This document shows positions 30,546-42,886 of a DNA stretch of 64,000 nucleotides, piece by piece. The notes beneath the pieces are model-generated. The model was given only the letters and a program-made list of their open reading frames with translations, had not been told where the DNA came from and ran no database searches. The stretch's first letter is position 1. Each line of letters begins with the position of its first letter. The stretch is from the human T2T-CHM13v2.0 reference genome, Homo sapiens, in the NCBI GenBank assembly GCA_009914755.4, contig CP068257.2:17760001-17824000 (forward strand), written 5' to 3'. Both the position numbers and the translations under genes were made by a program.

Positions 30546-31067
30546 AAAATGAGAAGACTTGGACACAGGGAGGGTAACATCACACACCAGGGCCTGTCAG
30601 GGGGTGGGGGGCAAGGGGAGGGACAGCATTAGGAGAAATACCTAATGCAGATGATGGGTTGATGAGTACAGCAAACCACCACGGCACATGTATACCTATG
30701 TAACAAACCTGCACATTCTGCACATGTATCCCAGAACTTAAAGTATAATAAAAAATAAATGTTCTACTTTAACTCACATATTGTGTAGATCTTACTTAAG
30801 ATGGTTGGAGGCAGGGTCTCCTGGTGTTGCTTTGGTGATTCAACAATGTCATCAAGGACTCAGGCCTTTCATTCTGCCTTCTGTTACCCTTGGATATTTG
30901 TCCTTCATGATGGTAGTAGGATGACTGCATTTTCAAATCTTTTGTCCTCATGAAATATTAGTGAATGCAGGAAAGAAATGGAAAATATTAAAGAGCTTTC
31001 TTTCTTTCCCTTTAAGTCTCTCTTTTACCACTAAGGATACTGTTTTCCATAATTCCTCCTATTACCC

Positions 31068-31375
31068 TTTTTTTTTTTTTTTTTTTTGAGACGGAGTCTC
31101 GCTCTGTCGCCCAGGCCGGACTGCGGACTGCAGTGGCGCAATCTCAGCTCACTGAAAGCTCCGCTTCCCGGGTTCACGCCATTCTCCTGCCTCAGCCTCC
31201 CGAGTAGCTGGGACTACAGGCGCCCGCCACCGCGCCCGGCTAATTTTTTGTATTTTTAGTAGAGACAGGGTTTCACCTTGTTAGCCAGGATGGTCTCGAT
31301 CTCCTGACCTCATGATCCACCCGCCTCGGCCTCCCAAAGTGCTGGGATTACAGGCGTGAGCCACCGCGCCCGGCC
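31068..31375 (-). mobile_element. AluYb8-like SINE (young subfamily), full length, 20-nt pure poly-T
   Basis: T20 at 31068-31087, then GAGACGGAGTCTCGCTCTGTCGCCCAGGCCGGACTGCGGACTGCAGTGGCGCAATCTCAGCTCACTG. The tandem GGACTGCGGACTGC is the reverse complement of the Yb-lineage 7-bp duplication GCAGTCC. The rest of the element is close to the AluY consensus. A flanking target-site duplication of about 10 bp, CCTATTACCC, lies at 31058-31067 and 31379-31388. Confidence 0.9.
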
Positions 31376-34300
31376 TACCCTATTACCCTTTCTCTCACAT
31401 TCCCTTGCCAGTACTGGATCACATATCAACCTTTAGTCTAATAAAGGAGAATGAATTTACCATAAGGGACTTAAACTAATCATAACCCATACCCTGGGGC
31501 TATTCACATTGCTGTTTAAACAAAGCTTAGCCCCATAAGAAATGTGGGCAAGACTCTTAGGAAAGCAACCAAATACCTTCAACCAAAATAACTGTCAATA
31601 TTAAACATATGCCCTAATCATACTTCTTTATTCATTTAATTTCCATACAACCCTGTGAAAGAAACCTCAGCTTTATCTCTGGCATTCGTGTAAGTTAATC
31701 AACATGTTCAAAGTCACACAGCTAGAGATTGGTGGAGCTTGAGTTTCAATTCAGTCTGAATATTGAGCTGAAGTTCTAAATTAGGACTCTATTACTTTCC
31801 AACAGTTCGACTTTGAATTCAGACACTTCTAAAGTAACAAGAAAATAGCTCTACAATGAAGCAAAAGTATCTCAATGATAGTTTTTGGAAAATACCTCTT
31901 AAAAAAAATTTTTGCACTGAAAATTTAGCTCTCAAGAAATGTGAAGGGGGCACAGTTGATGTAATTCAGGGAAGACAGCATGAAACACAAAAAAATTAAC
32001 GTATTATTAATTTGCCCCAACCTGGACTACAAATCCGTTTTTCAAAATAAATTATGGTTTAATATCAAATGATGAATTCTTACTAAAGACAATATACATT
32101 TTCAGTTATAAATTATGGCAAAAGTTATAAAGATTTCAAAATTACAGGAAAAAAATCACTACTGCTGGCTATTAATTTCTGCCATCCTCCCCTCCTCTGT
32201 TACAATGTAGAATGTCTTTTGTAGCAATATCATTACCAGATCAAGGAGTACAACAGAAGCCTCAGGTACTGAGGTTTTCTGCTTTTGAACTAGAACATGC
32301 ATATTTCTTTTTCTCACAATGGAGCAGCTGATCCAGGGCATATGAGCAGACTTTGCCTGGATTTTCTTTTTAGTACTCTCTGTGGGTACTTGCTTTGAAA
32401 CTTACCTGGAGTCACGAAAGGAGTAGGCTGCAGTGAGAAGAACATGATCCTTGAAATCATGTGAAACCTAATTTGAGGACTTGCTCCATTTCTTGACTCA
32501 GAGTAACTTGGACTGGTTATGCGTCATACCTGAGCCTCTCTTCCCACAGCTCTAAAGTCAAGTGTATGAGTATTAGCAGTGGGGATGGGGAAAAGAACAC
32601 CACTTCTGAGGAAATTGCAAACATTCAAGTTTTAAGCTATGTAAACTATCTCGCACATAGTAGGGACTCCATAAAATATTAGCTTTCTGCAGAATTTTTT
32701 CTCCAGTAGATGAAGTCAGGCTTCCAATCCCTACATTTTACTCACTGGTTGCTCATTCTCTAAATTGACAAAATGGATCACATACGGTTCCCTCTAATTC
32801 CCTCCTGTCCTTTTCCTTGTTTCTACTTCACTCCTTCTCCAACTTATTTATATGATTTCAAGCCTTCAATGCCCCACAAAATTTCTAAAAAGATAAACAT
32901 GCAGATTGAATCTCTATAATTATTTTCTAAAGGAAACATCTCTTCCAGGGTGTTTTAAAAATTTACTAATACTTTTCAGGCAAGCTCTTCCTATTTGCTC
33001 TAGCTCTGTCTTCTAGCTCATTCTTTTCTAGTTCTATCCCTCCATTTCCTCCACTTCTTTTCTCTATAAATTCCTACTGATGTAGCTTCAGGGTCCCAAG
33101 ACTGTTGGAATTATAATAATAACCTTAAGTTATTTACATTCCTTATTACTAATCTATAGGTCATCTTGATAAGATGCTTTAATTGCATATTTAAAAATTG
33201 CAAGCCAACTTCATTTGATGTAATGTTAATTCAGAAAATAAATATTCAGCTACAATAGATACAGTCAATTTTCAATGATTTCAGTAACCTAATTCAGTAA
33301 GTAAGCACGTAATTCTAAAGATCACAAAGGAGAGACATTGTTTTACACTGTCTTTCCTATAAAGGTTGTTATATAGCTCTCATAATTAATTAAAGCATAT
33401 TCAATGTTAACAATTTTTCGGGTATACTTTTTCACTTTTCTTAGTCTCATACAAGTGAATAATTATGAAGCCTGACATTTTATCCTGAATAAGTCATAAC
33501 TTTCAAATAATCCTTTATTAAATAACATATATAAAATATGCAAATTATAAATGTATAGCTAGTTTATTTCAAAAATGGAACACACCTGCATAACAGACAC
33601 ACTGATCAAGAAATAAACTTGACCAGTACATTGCACTGTGTTCTATTAGATATATTAAGTGATTCATTCTAAAGATGTGACCTTTCACGATTGAGGGAGC
33701 TGGTTAAACCCATCTGTGTAAGGCTCTTGTCTTCATGTCTGATGCCAGGGCTTGAAGTCCACCAGGCAAGCAGTCAGGAAGGGAAGGTGACATAAAGTCG
33801 ATGAGGGCTATGGCAAGCCAGAACTCACAGGTATAAGTGGACCCCACAAAGGTGCCCCGGGATCTGCCTCAATTCTTACTCATTCCAACCTTCATGCTAT
33901 GATATCTTGTGGAGAAGCTGGCACCCTTTCTCCTGGCACTAACCATCCAGATGACTCAGGAGTTAGAAAGTCTGAAGAGGAATACAGAGCGGTTGCATTT
34001 GCAGTCCCCTCTGCTCCCCCACAGCAAGTAGATAAACCTGCAGACAAAGTAGTAACATGTGTGAGGTACTCCAATGCCTGTCTGAACTTTTGAAAGCAAA
34101 AATCAAAATGATTGCGGCTCCTCTTCTGACTTCAAATATTATGTGAAAATATGTCTTGTGGTCCACCCTATCCAAAAACACAGAGAGAAAGGAATTCTGA
34201 GAAACGTGGCTAATCACAGTTCAATTGACATTTTACAAAGCCACCAGAACCAGTAACTTTGTTATCCTTGAGAACCACATGTGGAAAAGGGAGATAACTG

Positions 34301-37300
34301 GGTTGGCGCAAGGCCACTCAGAGAACCCTCTTGAATGTGTAATGGTAGTATATGAATGCAGTCTTCAATTATATTTCCATAACAGTTAAATAGGATACAC
34401 TTTCATATGTCATTGGCCATTCTGACATTCCGTTTTCTGAAGTGCCTATTCAAGTATTTTGCTTTTGTGAGGGAAGGGGTGTGTCTTGGTCTATCACTCT
34501 TTTATGGATTTGTAGGATGTCCTCACATTTATTTCAGATACGAGTCATTTGTTGACAAAAAAATAAAGATATATAGATATATATATCACATATCTTTTAG
34601 TATTCTCTGGGTTGCCTATTTGTTGTCTTAATAAATGTCCATGACTTTTTGACTTATATAACAGGGAGCTCTAGATTTAATACGAAACCAAACACTTAAT
34701 TGGAAAGTAGATCAAAATGGCGAATCCAATATATTAAAGAAAATATTTTTAATCTAGATAGACACACTTAAAATTACATGCCTAACAAATTATTATAGTT
34801 TGTATAATTATACATTTTATAAATAATCTTTTAGAATATTTATTTTAAAATGTGTTTAATATGATTATTAAATGGTTACTATAATATGCAGAGCAAAAGG
34901 GGAGCCTTAAGTCTTTTTTAAAAAACTAAAAATGTTTTTGATGAAAACTATTATTTAACTTCATAAAATGAAAACTAACATGAGAGGAACATAATTATAA
35001 GATAAACAGTGTCACATGGTATTAAAATAATAAAACACATATGCAATGGGCACTTTACAACACAGATAAATCCCCTCTAGGTTACTGTTAGGAGAGCCAA
35101 AGTAACATTTTGTATCTGATTTTATTTATTCAACTTTTTACTTCTTTTCTTGCTCATGAATTTTACATTCCTTTTCCCTCTCTTTCCCTATCCTTTCCTC
35201 ATCCTTTTCCTTATTTATGTACAAGTATCTCAGGATTTCTAATAAACTAAAGGAAAATCCATTACTTAAACAAGCTTCATCAGGCTCTTAGTGTAAAACT
35301 CTATTAGCTTTAATACAACACATGGCAATTTGCCCAAGGCAGTTTCTCTAATTCAGTGCCTAGAAATATCCAGTGATTTAACTTCAGTGTCTGAAATCAC
35401 CAAAGTACTTTCCCATTCCACCAACAGAATAAAGCTGACAGCTCATAAAAGCCATCTTTTGCCCCTTCTAGTTATTTTTCTAGTTAAAGATGAGCTCCAT
35501 GACCTAATTGCCATCCCTTTGCATTCTAATCTAGTATTTGAGGACAGCAATAAAGATGTAGGTTGTTTCTTATGGATAATTTCCTAAAAATTGAGTGTTT
35601 TTAAGTATGAACCTAATATATTTCCTGAAGGACTTAAAGCCTCCTTGTGGTTTATTGGTTTGTTTTAGAAAAAAAAAATTGACTTTCTAAAATAAAATAT
35701 CTATCCACATCGAAACTAGTAGGGAAATTGATATCAAAATTGTCCTCATAAAGGAGGGGACTATATCCATCAACAAAATTCATCTATCAGTGTTCCTATT
35801 TGCATGACCAAGAACATCCAAACTGACTTGATAACAAAATGTGTAATTAAATGTTTGATTTGATAAATTCATCAATTTACTCAAGTTACGCATAGACTGG
35901 TTGGGTCACTGCTGAATAAGCCAACACAAATATTGCTGGCATAAGTTGAGACACCACTTATAACTTGGGTACAATTCGGCTACATCGTTTGCTTCATAAA
36001 GTATTGCTTGACCCAAGAAACTATCAATTCATATATCCTATCCCAATATATAGCTCAGCTGTGGAATGTCACAGGGCTTCAAAAAAGTAGACGCTTCCCA
36101 GCCTTAAAAAATATGCAACCACTCAGCACAACCCAGCCCAATCCCCTTGAGCCTTCTCAAGTTCCCATGACACTTTCTTAAAGTCATTGCACCCACATTC
36201 ACATTTGCTATTGTCAGAAGAACAAAGAAATCTCTATTGTACTTTGCAAGTGACTGCAATCTGCTTCTCATTACACCTAGGTAACCGTATTAACATCAGA
36301 ACACCGTAATCCCTACCTACACTCCAATCTGTTCAGCAGCATCTATCCTTGAGAGGTTCAAAGGTATTTGAGATATAGGAAAAACCAAAGTGTTTTCTCT
36401 ACTCTCCCACACCACTCCCCACTCAACACAGTACTTCTCCTCCAACATAGATGAGTGACTTTTGTTTTTGCTCTTTCTACATATTAATCTATTTTCCAGC
36501 AAAGACCAACTGGGTGTTTTATAATTTAATTCTATTCTGACATTATCTATCACAGTCTGCGTGGAGTTAGAGTCAAATCTGAGAAGTTATGGGCTCAGTC
36601 TTCGTCTGCAAAGACTGGGCCTGCTTGGGCTGCCAGTTGTAAGTCCCAGGTTGTGACTTGCACTTCTGCCCAACTTCTGGCTATAAATCAGGGGTTTCCA
36701 TAATCCCTTCCTTGGATTTGATTAATTTGCTAGAGCACCCCTCAGAACTCAGTGAATAAATTACTTATATTTATCTATTTATTATAAAGAATAGTATTAA
36801 TACAAAGTATACAGATGAACATCCAGACGAAAAAGATGCATAGGGTAAGGCCTAAGAGAAAAGGCATGAAGTTTCCATTTCCTCCTTGGGTGCACCCCCT
36901 CCAGGCACCTTTGTGTGTTCAGCAGTTCAGACGCTCTTCCCCAACCCAATCTTTTTGAATTTATATGCAGGGCTTATTTCATAGGCATGACTGATTAAAT
37001 CATGGGCCACCTTCTCCTCCCTGAAGTTCAGAAGTGGCAGTGAAAGTTCCAACCCTCTAATCACAAGGTTAGTTTCCCTAGAAACCAAACCTCACCTGAG
37101 GCTATCCAGTAATCCTTAAAGAATAGCTTCATTAGAGCAAAAGAGGCTTCTATCACTTCCAGGAAACTCCAAGGAATTTAAGCTGTTTCCCAGGAAATGG
37201 TGAAGAAGATCACATATTCATGTTTTTATATAAATCACAATATTACAAATAGTGATAAGATTGTCAATCAGGAACCAAACAATAGCTCCAATTTGCTTCC

Positions 37301-40059
37301 AATCAGTCCAGAGATAAATGGGTGCTAAGTCACAGCTATTCTCTAGATTATCTAATGTAGTCTTTAGACAGGGCCTAAAATCAATAAGCATCTAATTTAT
37401 CTTCTCCAGACAAAATAGGTCATGTGGTCTCTCCCAGTATGAGCTGTGTGTTTTGCTACATGTGAGACAAAAGTACCTAAGCATATTGTTATTTTTTGTA
37501 GATATTCTTTCAGGTAAAGAGCTACTACTTTTTTCCTGACATCATGATCTGTTTTTGAATTTTGTTGCCTTGTCTGTCATAGTCCCCCTCTTTCATATTC
37601 TAATAATTTTTATCCATATCCTTCTTCCTCCAGTAGAATATTCTGGTTCAGAAATACTGGCTACCATTGAGCTGGCAATAACATTGTTAAAGCAGGACTT
37701 CTTCCTTCACCCAATTTCCAGTGTGATTTGAGAGGTAAAAATTACAAGAATGTCCCTGAAACTTGGCAAGGGGATCACATTCACAATTAGCCTCAATTTA
37801 GCAATAAAGAATGAGGTTCAATCCACCCCCAACGTTCCATTTGTACCATATGGAGTCCAATACAGTGTTGCAATTGTCATGTTATATACAGTGATGCCTC
37901 CTGATACTTGTACAAGAAAGCAAATCTCTTGCCCTGAAATAAACTAGAATAAAATGAAAGAAAAAAAATCTGAGATAAAGAAGATATACATATGGGTAGT
38001 TTTGTCATCTCCCACCCCATCATTTCTCTGTCTTGTGGAGTAGCCCCTAGAGCACCTCTCATATCAACCTAAGACATTGATTTTCTTGGGCATTCTTTCA
38101 AGCTCCTTTCTTCTTCTATTTTACATAATATCTTTTATTTGCACATTCCGATTTTTAAAAGACCACTGCTACATTGTTGATATGTCGAATGTGAGATGTC
38201 CTTATGTATATTTTTTCCTTATATTTTTATGACAGTTTGTTGCTGTTGTTAGTGGCAAAAAAATACTGTCAATATATAAGCAAAACCATTCAGAGACAAA
38301 ACTGTCATCTTTACTAAACTGAAAGAAGAACTATTTTACAGAAGCTCTATAGGCTTAAATAAATGATGTCACACAGAAACCCAGGAAGAAAGAAGACCAG
38401 AAAGTCTAAATATGTTAGTAAATATAAATGATCTATGTTCAAGATCAGTGGCTTTCAACCACAGATGAGGGCAATTTTGTCCCCCTCTTCATAGAGGGCA
38501 GTGTTTGGAAACATTATTTTTATTGTTATGACTGGAGTGAGGAAGGGATTTGCTACTTATATCTAATGGGAAGAGACCAGGAATGGGGCTGAACATACTA
38601 CAATGTACAGGATACTTCTCCCCAACAACAAAGAAGCATCAAGTACAAAATGTCAATAGTGACAAGGTTGAGAAACTCTAGTCTCTTTCAATGTACGTCT
38701 CCTTAAAGACTGTTAGCTGCTAAAGCAAAGCCAAAAAATGTGTAAAAATAGAAATATAAAAATAAATATACAACAGTTCGAAATGCAGTAAGTAGTGATA
38801 GATTGTTATAAAATTATTAAAAAGATGAAGTAATATAATTCTTGTAATAGAAACCAAATGAATTACAGATGTGTACTGAAATCTCTAAAGGACCCATCAT
38901 AAAATAACACAAATAGGCTTAGCTAAAAAACTTATCAGAGGAGATAAAATGGAACAATGAACAATATTTGATTCAACTTTCAAAAGGCAGCACATAAATA
39001 ATAAAACAAAGAGCAAATGAGAAACATAGAAATTAAATGTCAACAAGTGAACTTAAATCAAAATATGTCAATAACTGCTTGAATGTAAATAGCCTACAAA
39101 CCTAACTAAAAGGCAGATATTGTAAGGACTGGTAAAAATGTAAGACCTTATATGTTATTCTCCCCTCTCCCCTCAAAAATCACAATTGATACCTAAGGAC
39201 ACAAACAAATTGAAAGTAATACCAAAAAAAAATACATGCAAAAACTATAGGTAAGAAACCTGTTGCGACTATACTAGAATTAGAGAAAATAGATTGTCAA
39301 GACCAGAAAATTACTAGAGATTTTAAAAGTACATTTCATAACATAAAAGATCAATTGATCAAGAGAATATAAATACTGTATGTTTGTGCACTCAATAACA
39401 AAGTTCCCAAGTATATGAAGCTAAACTGACAAACTTTAATCCCTTCTCTCTGATGAATTGTAAAAGTAGACACAAAGTGGGCAAGGATATGGAAAATTTG
39501 AAGAACACTATTAACCAACTTGACTTAATGAATGTATATAAAACACTACACCAAACAAAAGAAGAATACACATCCTTCTGAAGTGGAAGAAAAGTTAGGA
39601 AGTATAGAATAATAATACTAGACAACTAGAGAAAAAATGGAAATAATGCTTTGCTATGAAAATCTAGAGGTCATGAGAATTTCAAATATTTTCCTCATGA
39701 ATATATATCTTTCAAGTATGTTGAAAGAATAAAAATAAATTAATGAAATCATATGAGGGAATTGTATTGAAAAAGCTTACTGACATTAAAATATGGCATA
39801 AAGTGCACTGATATAAGTATATATGAACAAATTTAAGATATTTAGAAAATATTTAGAGGAGTTACAGTAAATGTATATTAATACATTAGCAAACGTTGAT
39901 TTTGATGGTTTTGAACAATGGGGGCTGAGTCCTATAAATTTTTGGCAAGAGGAAATTGCATTGCTTTCACGTTAAAAGAAGATCATAGTCCATAATAATA
40001 GAAAGTATATGGTGAGATTGATCCAAAGTCTCATATGGAGGCATATTTTTTAAAAATCC

Positions 40060-40364
40060 AGCCAGGTACAGTGGCTCATGCCTACAATTCCAACATGTTG
40101 GAAGGCTGAGACAGAAGGATTGCTTCAGCCCAGGGGTTTGAGAGTAGCCTGGGGAGTATGATGAGAGCCCATCTCTACAAAACATTTAAAAACTAGCCAA
40201 GCATGGTGGCACATCCCTGTGGTCTCATTTACTTGTAAGGCTGTGGCAGGAGGATCCTTTGAGCCCGGAGGTGGAGGCTGCAGTGAGCTGTGTTCACTCC
40301 TCTGTATTCCAGCCTTGGTGACAGAGTAAGACCCTGTTTCCAAAAAAAAAAAAAAAAAAAAAAA
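40060..40364 (+). mobile_element. Alu SINE (older, AluJ/S-like) with a 22-nt poly-A
   Basis: GCCAGGTACAGTGGCTCATGCCTACAATTCCAACATGTTGGAAGGCTGAGACAGAAGGATTGCTTCAGCCCAGGGGTTTGAGAGTAGCCTGGGGAGTATGATGAGAGCCCATCTCTACAAAACATTTAAAAACTAGCCAAGCATGGTGGCACATCCCTGTGGTCTCA...GACAGAGTAAGACCCTGTTTCC, then A22. Divergence from the consensus is high. Confidence 0.9.
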
Positions 40365-42583
40365 CCCACAAGGAAACAATAAAATTGGATATGCATATTA
40401 TGAATAGATATGCAATATACATAAATTTATCAATTAATTAGTTTCATTTTAAATCAAAAATTATATAATATGCTTCTTTGTATTGTCCCAGGACTTTGAA
40501 TATATAGTAATTATATATTACTTTGAAATATTTTGCTAAACAAGACACTAATGACAGTAATGTAATTATTTTTCTTAGTAAGAGGTCTTACATGTGCTAG
40601 CTAAGCATTTGTTGACTGAACGAATGTATTTTATCCATGTTTATCTTGAAGTTTAGAATATATAATTCCATTAGGGCCAACCATCATTGAGGTCATTGTG
40701 ATATTGCTATTTTAAGAACATATTAGTTTGCATATTCAGTTTATTTTGAACAAATGCATAAAGTATCAGAAAAACACAAATAAACTCTCTAAATGCAACT
40801 GTTAAAAAAAGAAATTACCACAGAGCATGCAATTATTGCATTATAACCATGAAAAATTAAATTACAGTTTCTGTTCAGTATTGAATTTTTCACTTTTTGA
40901 TATTAGAGATAAATCACATTTTAAATTTAATTAGTGGCAATACGATAAGAGAAGTTTTTGAAGTCAATTTTTTCAATTAAAATGAAAATTTGAAGAAATA
41001 GCAAACACAGAGCAAATTTTCTCACTGTTCTTTATTGAAAATATGCCTATCAATAATTAAAGGGTTATTTTATGACACATTGTGCCTTGCATAAATCTCC
41101 CATGTGACTGTTATTTGTAATCCTCACAATAATCACTTAGACAACTTTGGCCTATAAACACTTAAGATCAGTAGTAAAACAAAGACATTTATGTCAAATA
41201 TTGACATGTGTATAGCATGTCTATTTTATGTTTATTTCATCACACCCTTCTGAAGGATGTCTTTATTCAGCCATAGAAACACAAGATAATACAAGTCAAG
41301 GACACTTTAGAAACCATAAAATCTAATCTTATGTTAATTTTAAAACACAGAAAACTGAGGTTCTAGAGAAGATAAATGACTTGAACAAGGTCAGGAAGCT
41401 AATCTAGGGCAGAGCAAGGAATCATATGTAAACGTGAAAAAATGACTAACCTCTTTTATGTTGGGCAAAGAACTGTGTAAATTTTCTCGGCATGCATGAG
41501 TGATTTTCAATCTGGTAACTCCGTCATAAAATTCAACAAACTTGTCAGCACCAAGTTGTTTCAGATTTTACATAGCATGTTGATCACAATTCATTAATAA
41601 TTTCTTTCCATTATGAATTTAAAATATAATTAAACATTGATAGTCATTATCAGGACTGAACACATGGTGTATGCATTGCCATTTCTGCTGGTAAAGTCAG
41701 CATCTGAGCTGTTCTAACGATAAAAGGGGAAAGAACAAACAAAGTGAAGAGAGTTGACATCCATGTGATGCTGAAAATATTACGTTATAAAGCTGGCTGG
41801 ATATCTGAAAGTTACAGACCTAGAATTCCGCTTCCAAGTGAAAGCGGCAGCTGGCTGAAGAACAGTGGACAAAGAGAATGATGAATCAAATCAAGGTTTG
41901 ATGTAAAGTAGAACACAGGGAGCAAACATTTTAGTTCTTTTGTGGTAAGATTTATTTCCTTCCCGTTTTTCAGAGAGTAAAAAACTGCTTCAGAATGCTA
42001 TGCACACTATTGTATCCTGCCCACTGAATTTCCTTCTTTACGCTTTTTTCTCATTTATTTCCCGTGAGACTAAGTCCTACCTCCTAGTCCTGTGCATAGT
42101 GTCCAAGCGGTTGCATTTATTTATTCTGAAAGGAAAGTTTGTAAAGAAAGTTGTAGGAAATGGGAAAAAAAAAGATATCATATTCTTTCCTTTTTTCACT
42201 TCAGCTGCAAGACACAAATAAAATATTTGGGTAAATATTACTCGTTTTGTTCAAAATATGTTTTTCTAAAAAAATGTGTAATTACGTTGTGATAATTTTG
42301 GAGATTTATGGTGATGCAAAAATAAAGAATTGGTGTTAGGATATTTGAATTTTATTAATGTTAGTCATTTCCTTAGATGAAAATTAAAATGAAGAGCTAA
42401 AAAGTATGACGTTGCTAAGTGTTTTTTATCGTTTAAAAATTTCTAGCAAATCCTTCTGTAAAAGAAAGGTGTTCATTATGCAAAAGGTTACCAACAAACT
42501 CTTTTAAATGTATTCATTTTTCTTGTACTTCAAAGGTTGTCATCAAATATTTTAATTAGTAAGTGGGATATAATAATCTAAAG

Positions 42584-42886
42584 GTGGGCTGGACGTGGTG
42601 GCTCACACCTGTAATCCCAAAACTTTGGGAGGCCAAGGCAGGTGGATCACAAAGTCAATAGTTGGAGACCAGCCTGACCAACATGGTGAGACGCTGTCTC
42701 TACTAAAAATACAAAAATTATCTGGGCATGGTGGCAAACACCTGCAATCCCAGCTACTCAGGAGGCTGAGGCTGGAGAATCGCTTGAACCCAAAGGTGGA
42801 GGTTGCAGTGAGCTGAGATTGTGCCACTGCACTCCAGCCTGGGCAACAGAGCAAGACTCCGTCTCAAAATAAATAAATAAATACAA
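42584..42886 (+). mobile_element. Alu SINE (AluS-like) with an (AAAT)n/(AAT)n-modified tail
   Basis: Begins GGTGGGCTGGACGTGGTGGCTCACACCTGTAATCCCAAAACTTTGGGAGGCCAAGGCAGGTGGATCAC. The tail reads GTCTCAAAATAAATAAATAAATACAATAATAATAAT. A target-site duplication of about 14 bp, ATAATAATCTAAAG at 42570-42583, matches ATAATAATCTAAAAG at 42887-42901. Confidence 0.92.

Larger units (their letters stand above)
24303..30758 (+). mobile_element. Near full-length LINE-1 (older L1PA subfamily), 6.46 kb, both ORFs disrupted
   Basis: The 5' end G.GGGCAAGACAGCCAAATAAGAAAAGCTCCAGTCTCCAGCTCCCAGCGAGACCAATGCAGAAGGCAGGTGATTTC matches the L1PA 5'UTR start GGAGGAGCCAAGATGGCCGAATAGGAACAGCTCC. The 5'UTR is about 1.3 kb and would carry the internal promoter. 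ORF1 lies at 25640-26668 and ORF2 at 26728-30545. The 3' end reads CACATGTATCCCAGAACTTAAAGTATAATAAAAAATAAA. A 10-bp target-site duplication ATGTTCTACT at 24293-24302 is repeated at 30759-30768. The ORF2 amino-acid stretches from the ORF track (for example [47 protein letters not shown] and [32 protein letters not shown]) are L1 reverse transcriptase. Many stops and frameshifts are present. Confidence 0.93.

Noticed and set aside
36550-37130. Possible ancient LTR- or MER-like repeat: ...GGGTTTCCATAATCCCTTCCTTGGATTTGATTAATTTGCTAGAGCACCCCTCAGAACTCAGTGAATAAATTACTTATATTTATC....
   Set aside because: The sequence feels repeat-like, but I cannot match it to a specific family from memory. It is not reported as a feature. 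RepeatMasker would settle it.
40343-40364. Long homopolymers: A22 at 40343-40364, T26 at 17936-17961, T20 at 31068-31087.
   Set aside because: These are simply Alu poly-A tails seen on either strand. They are mutable but not independent features. Each is covered under the respective Alu.
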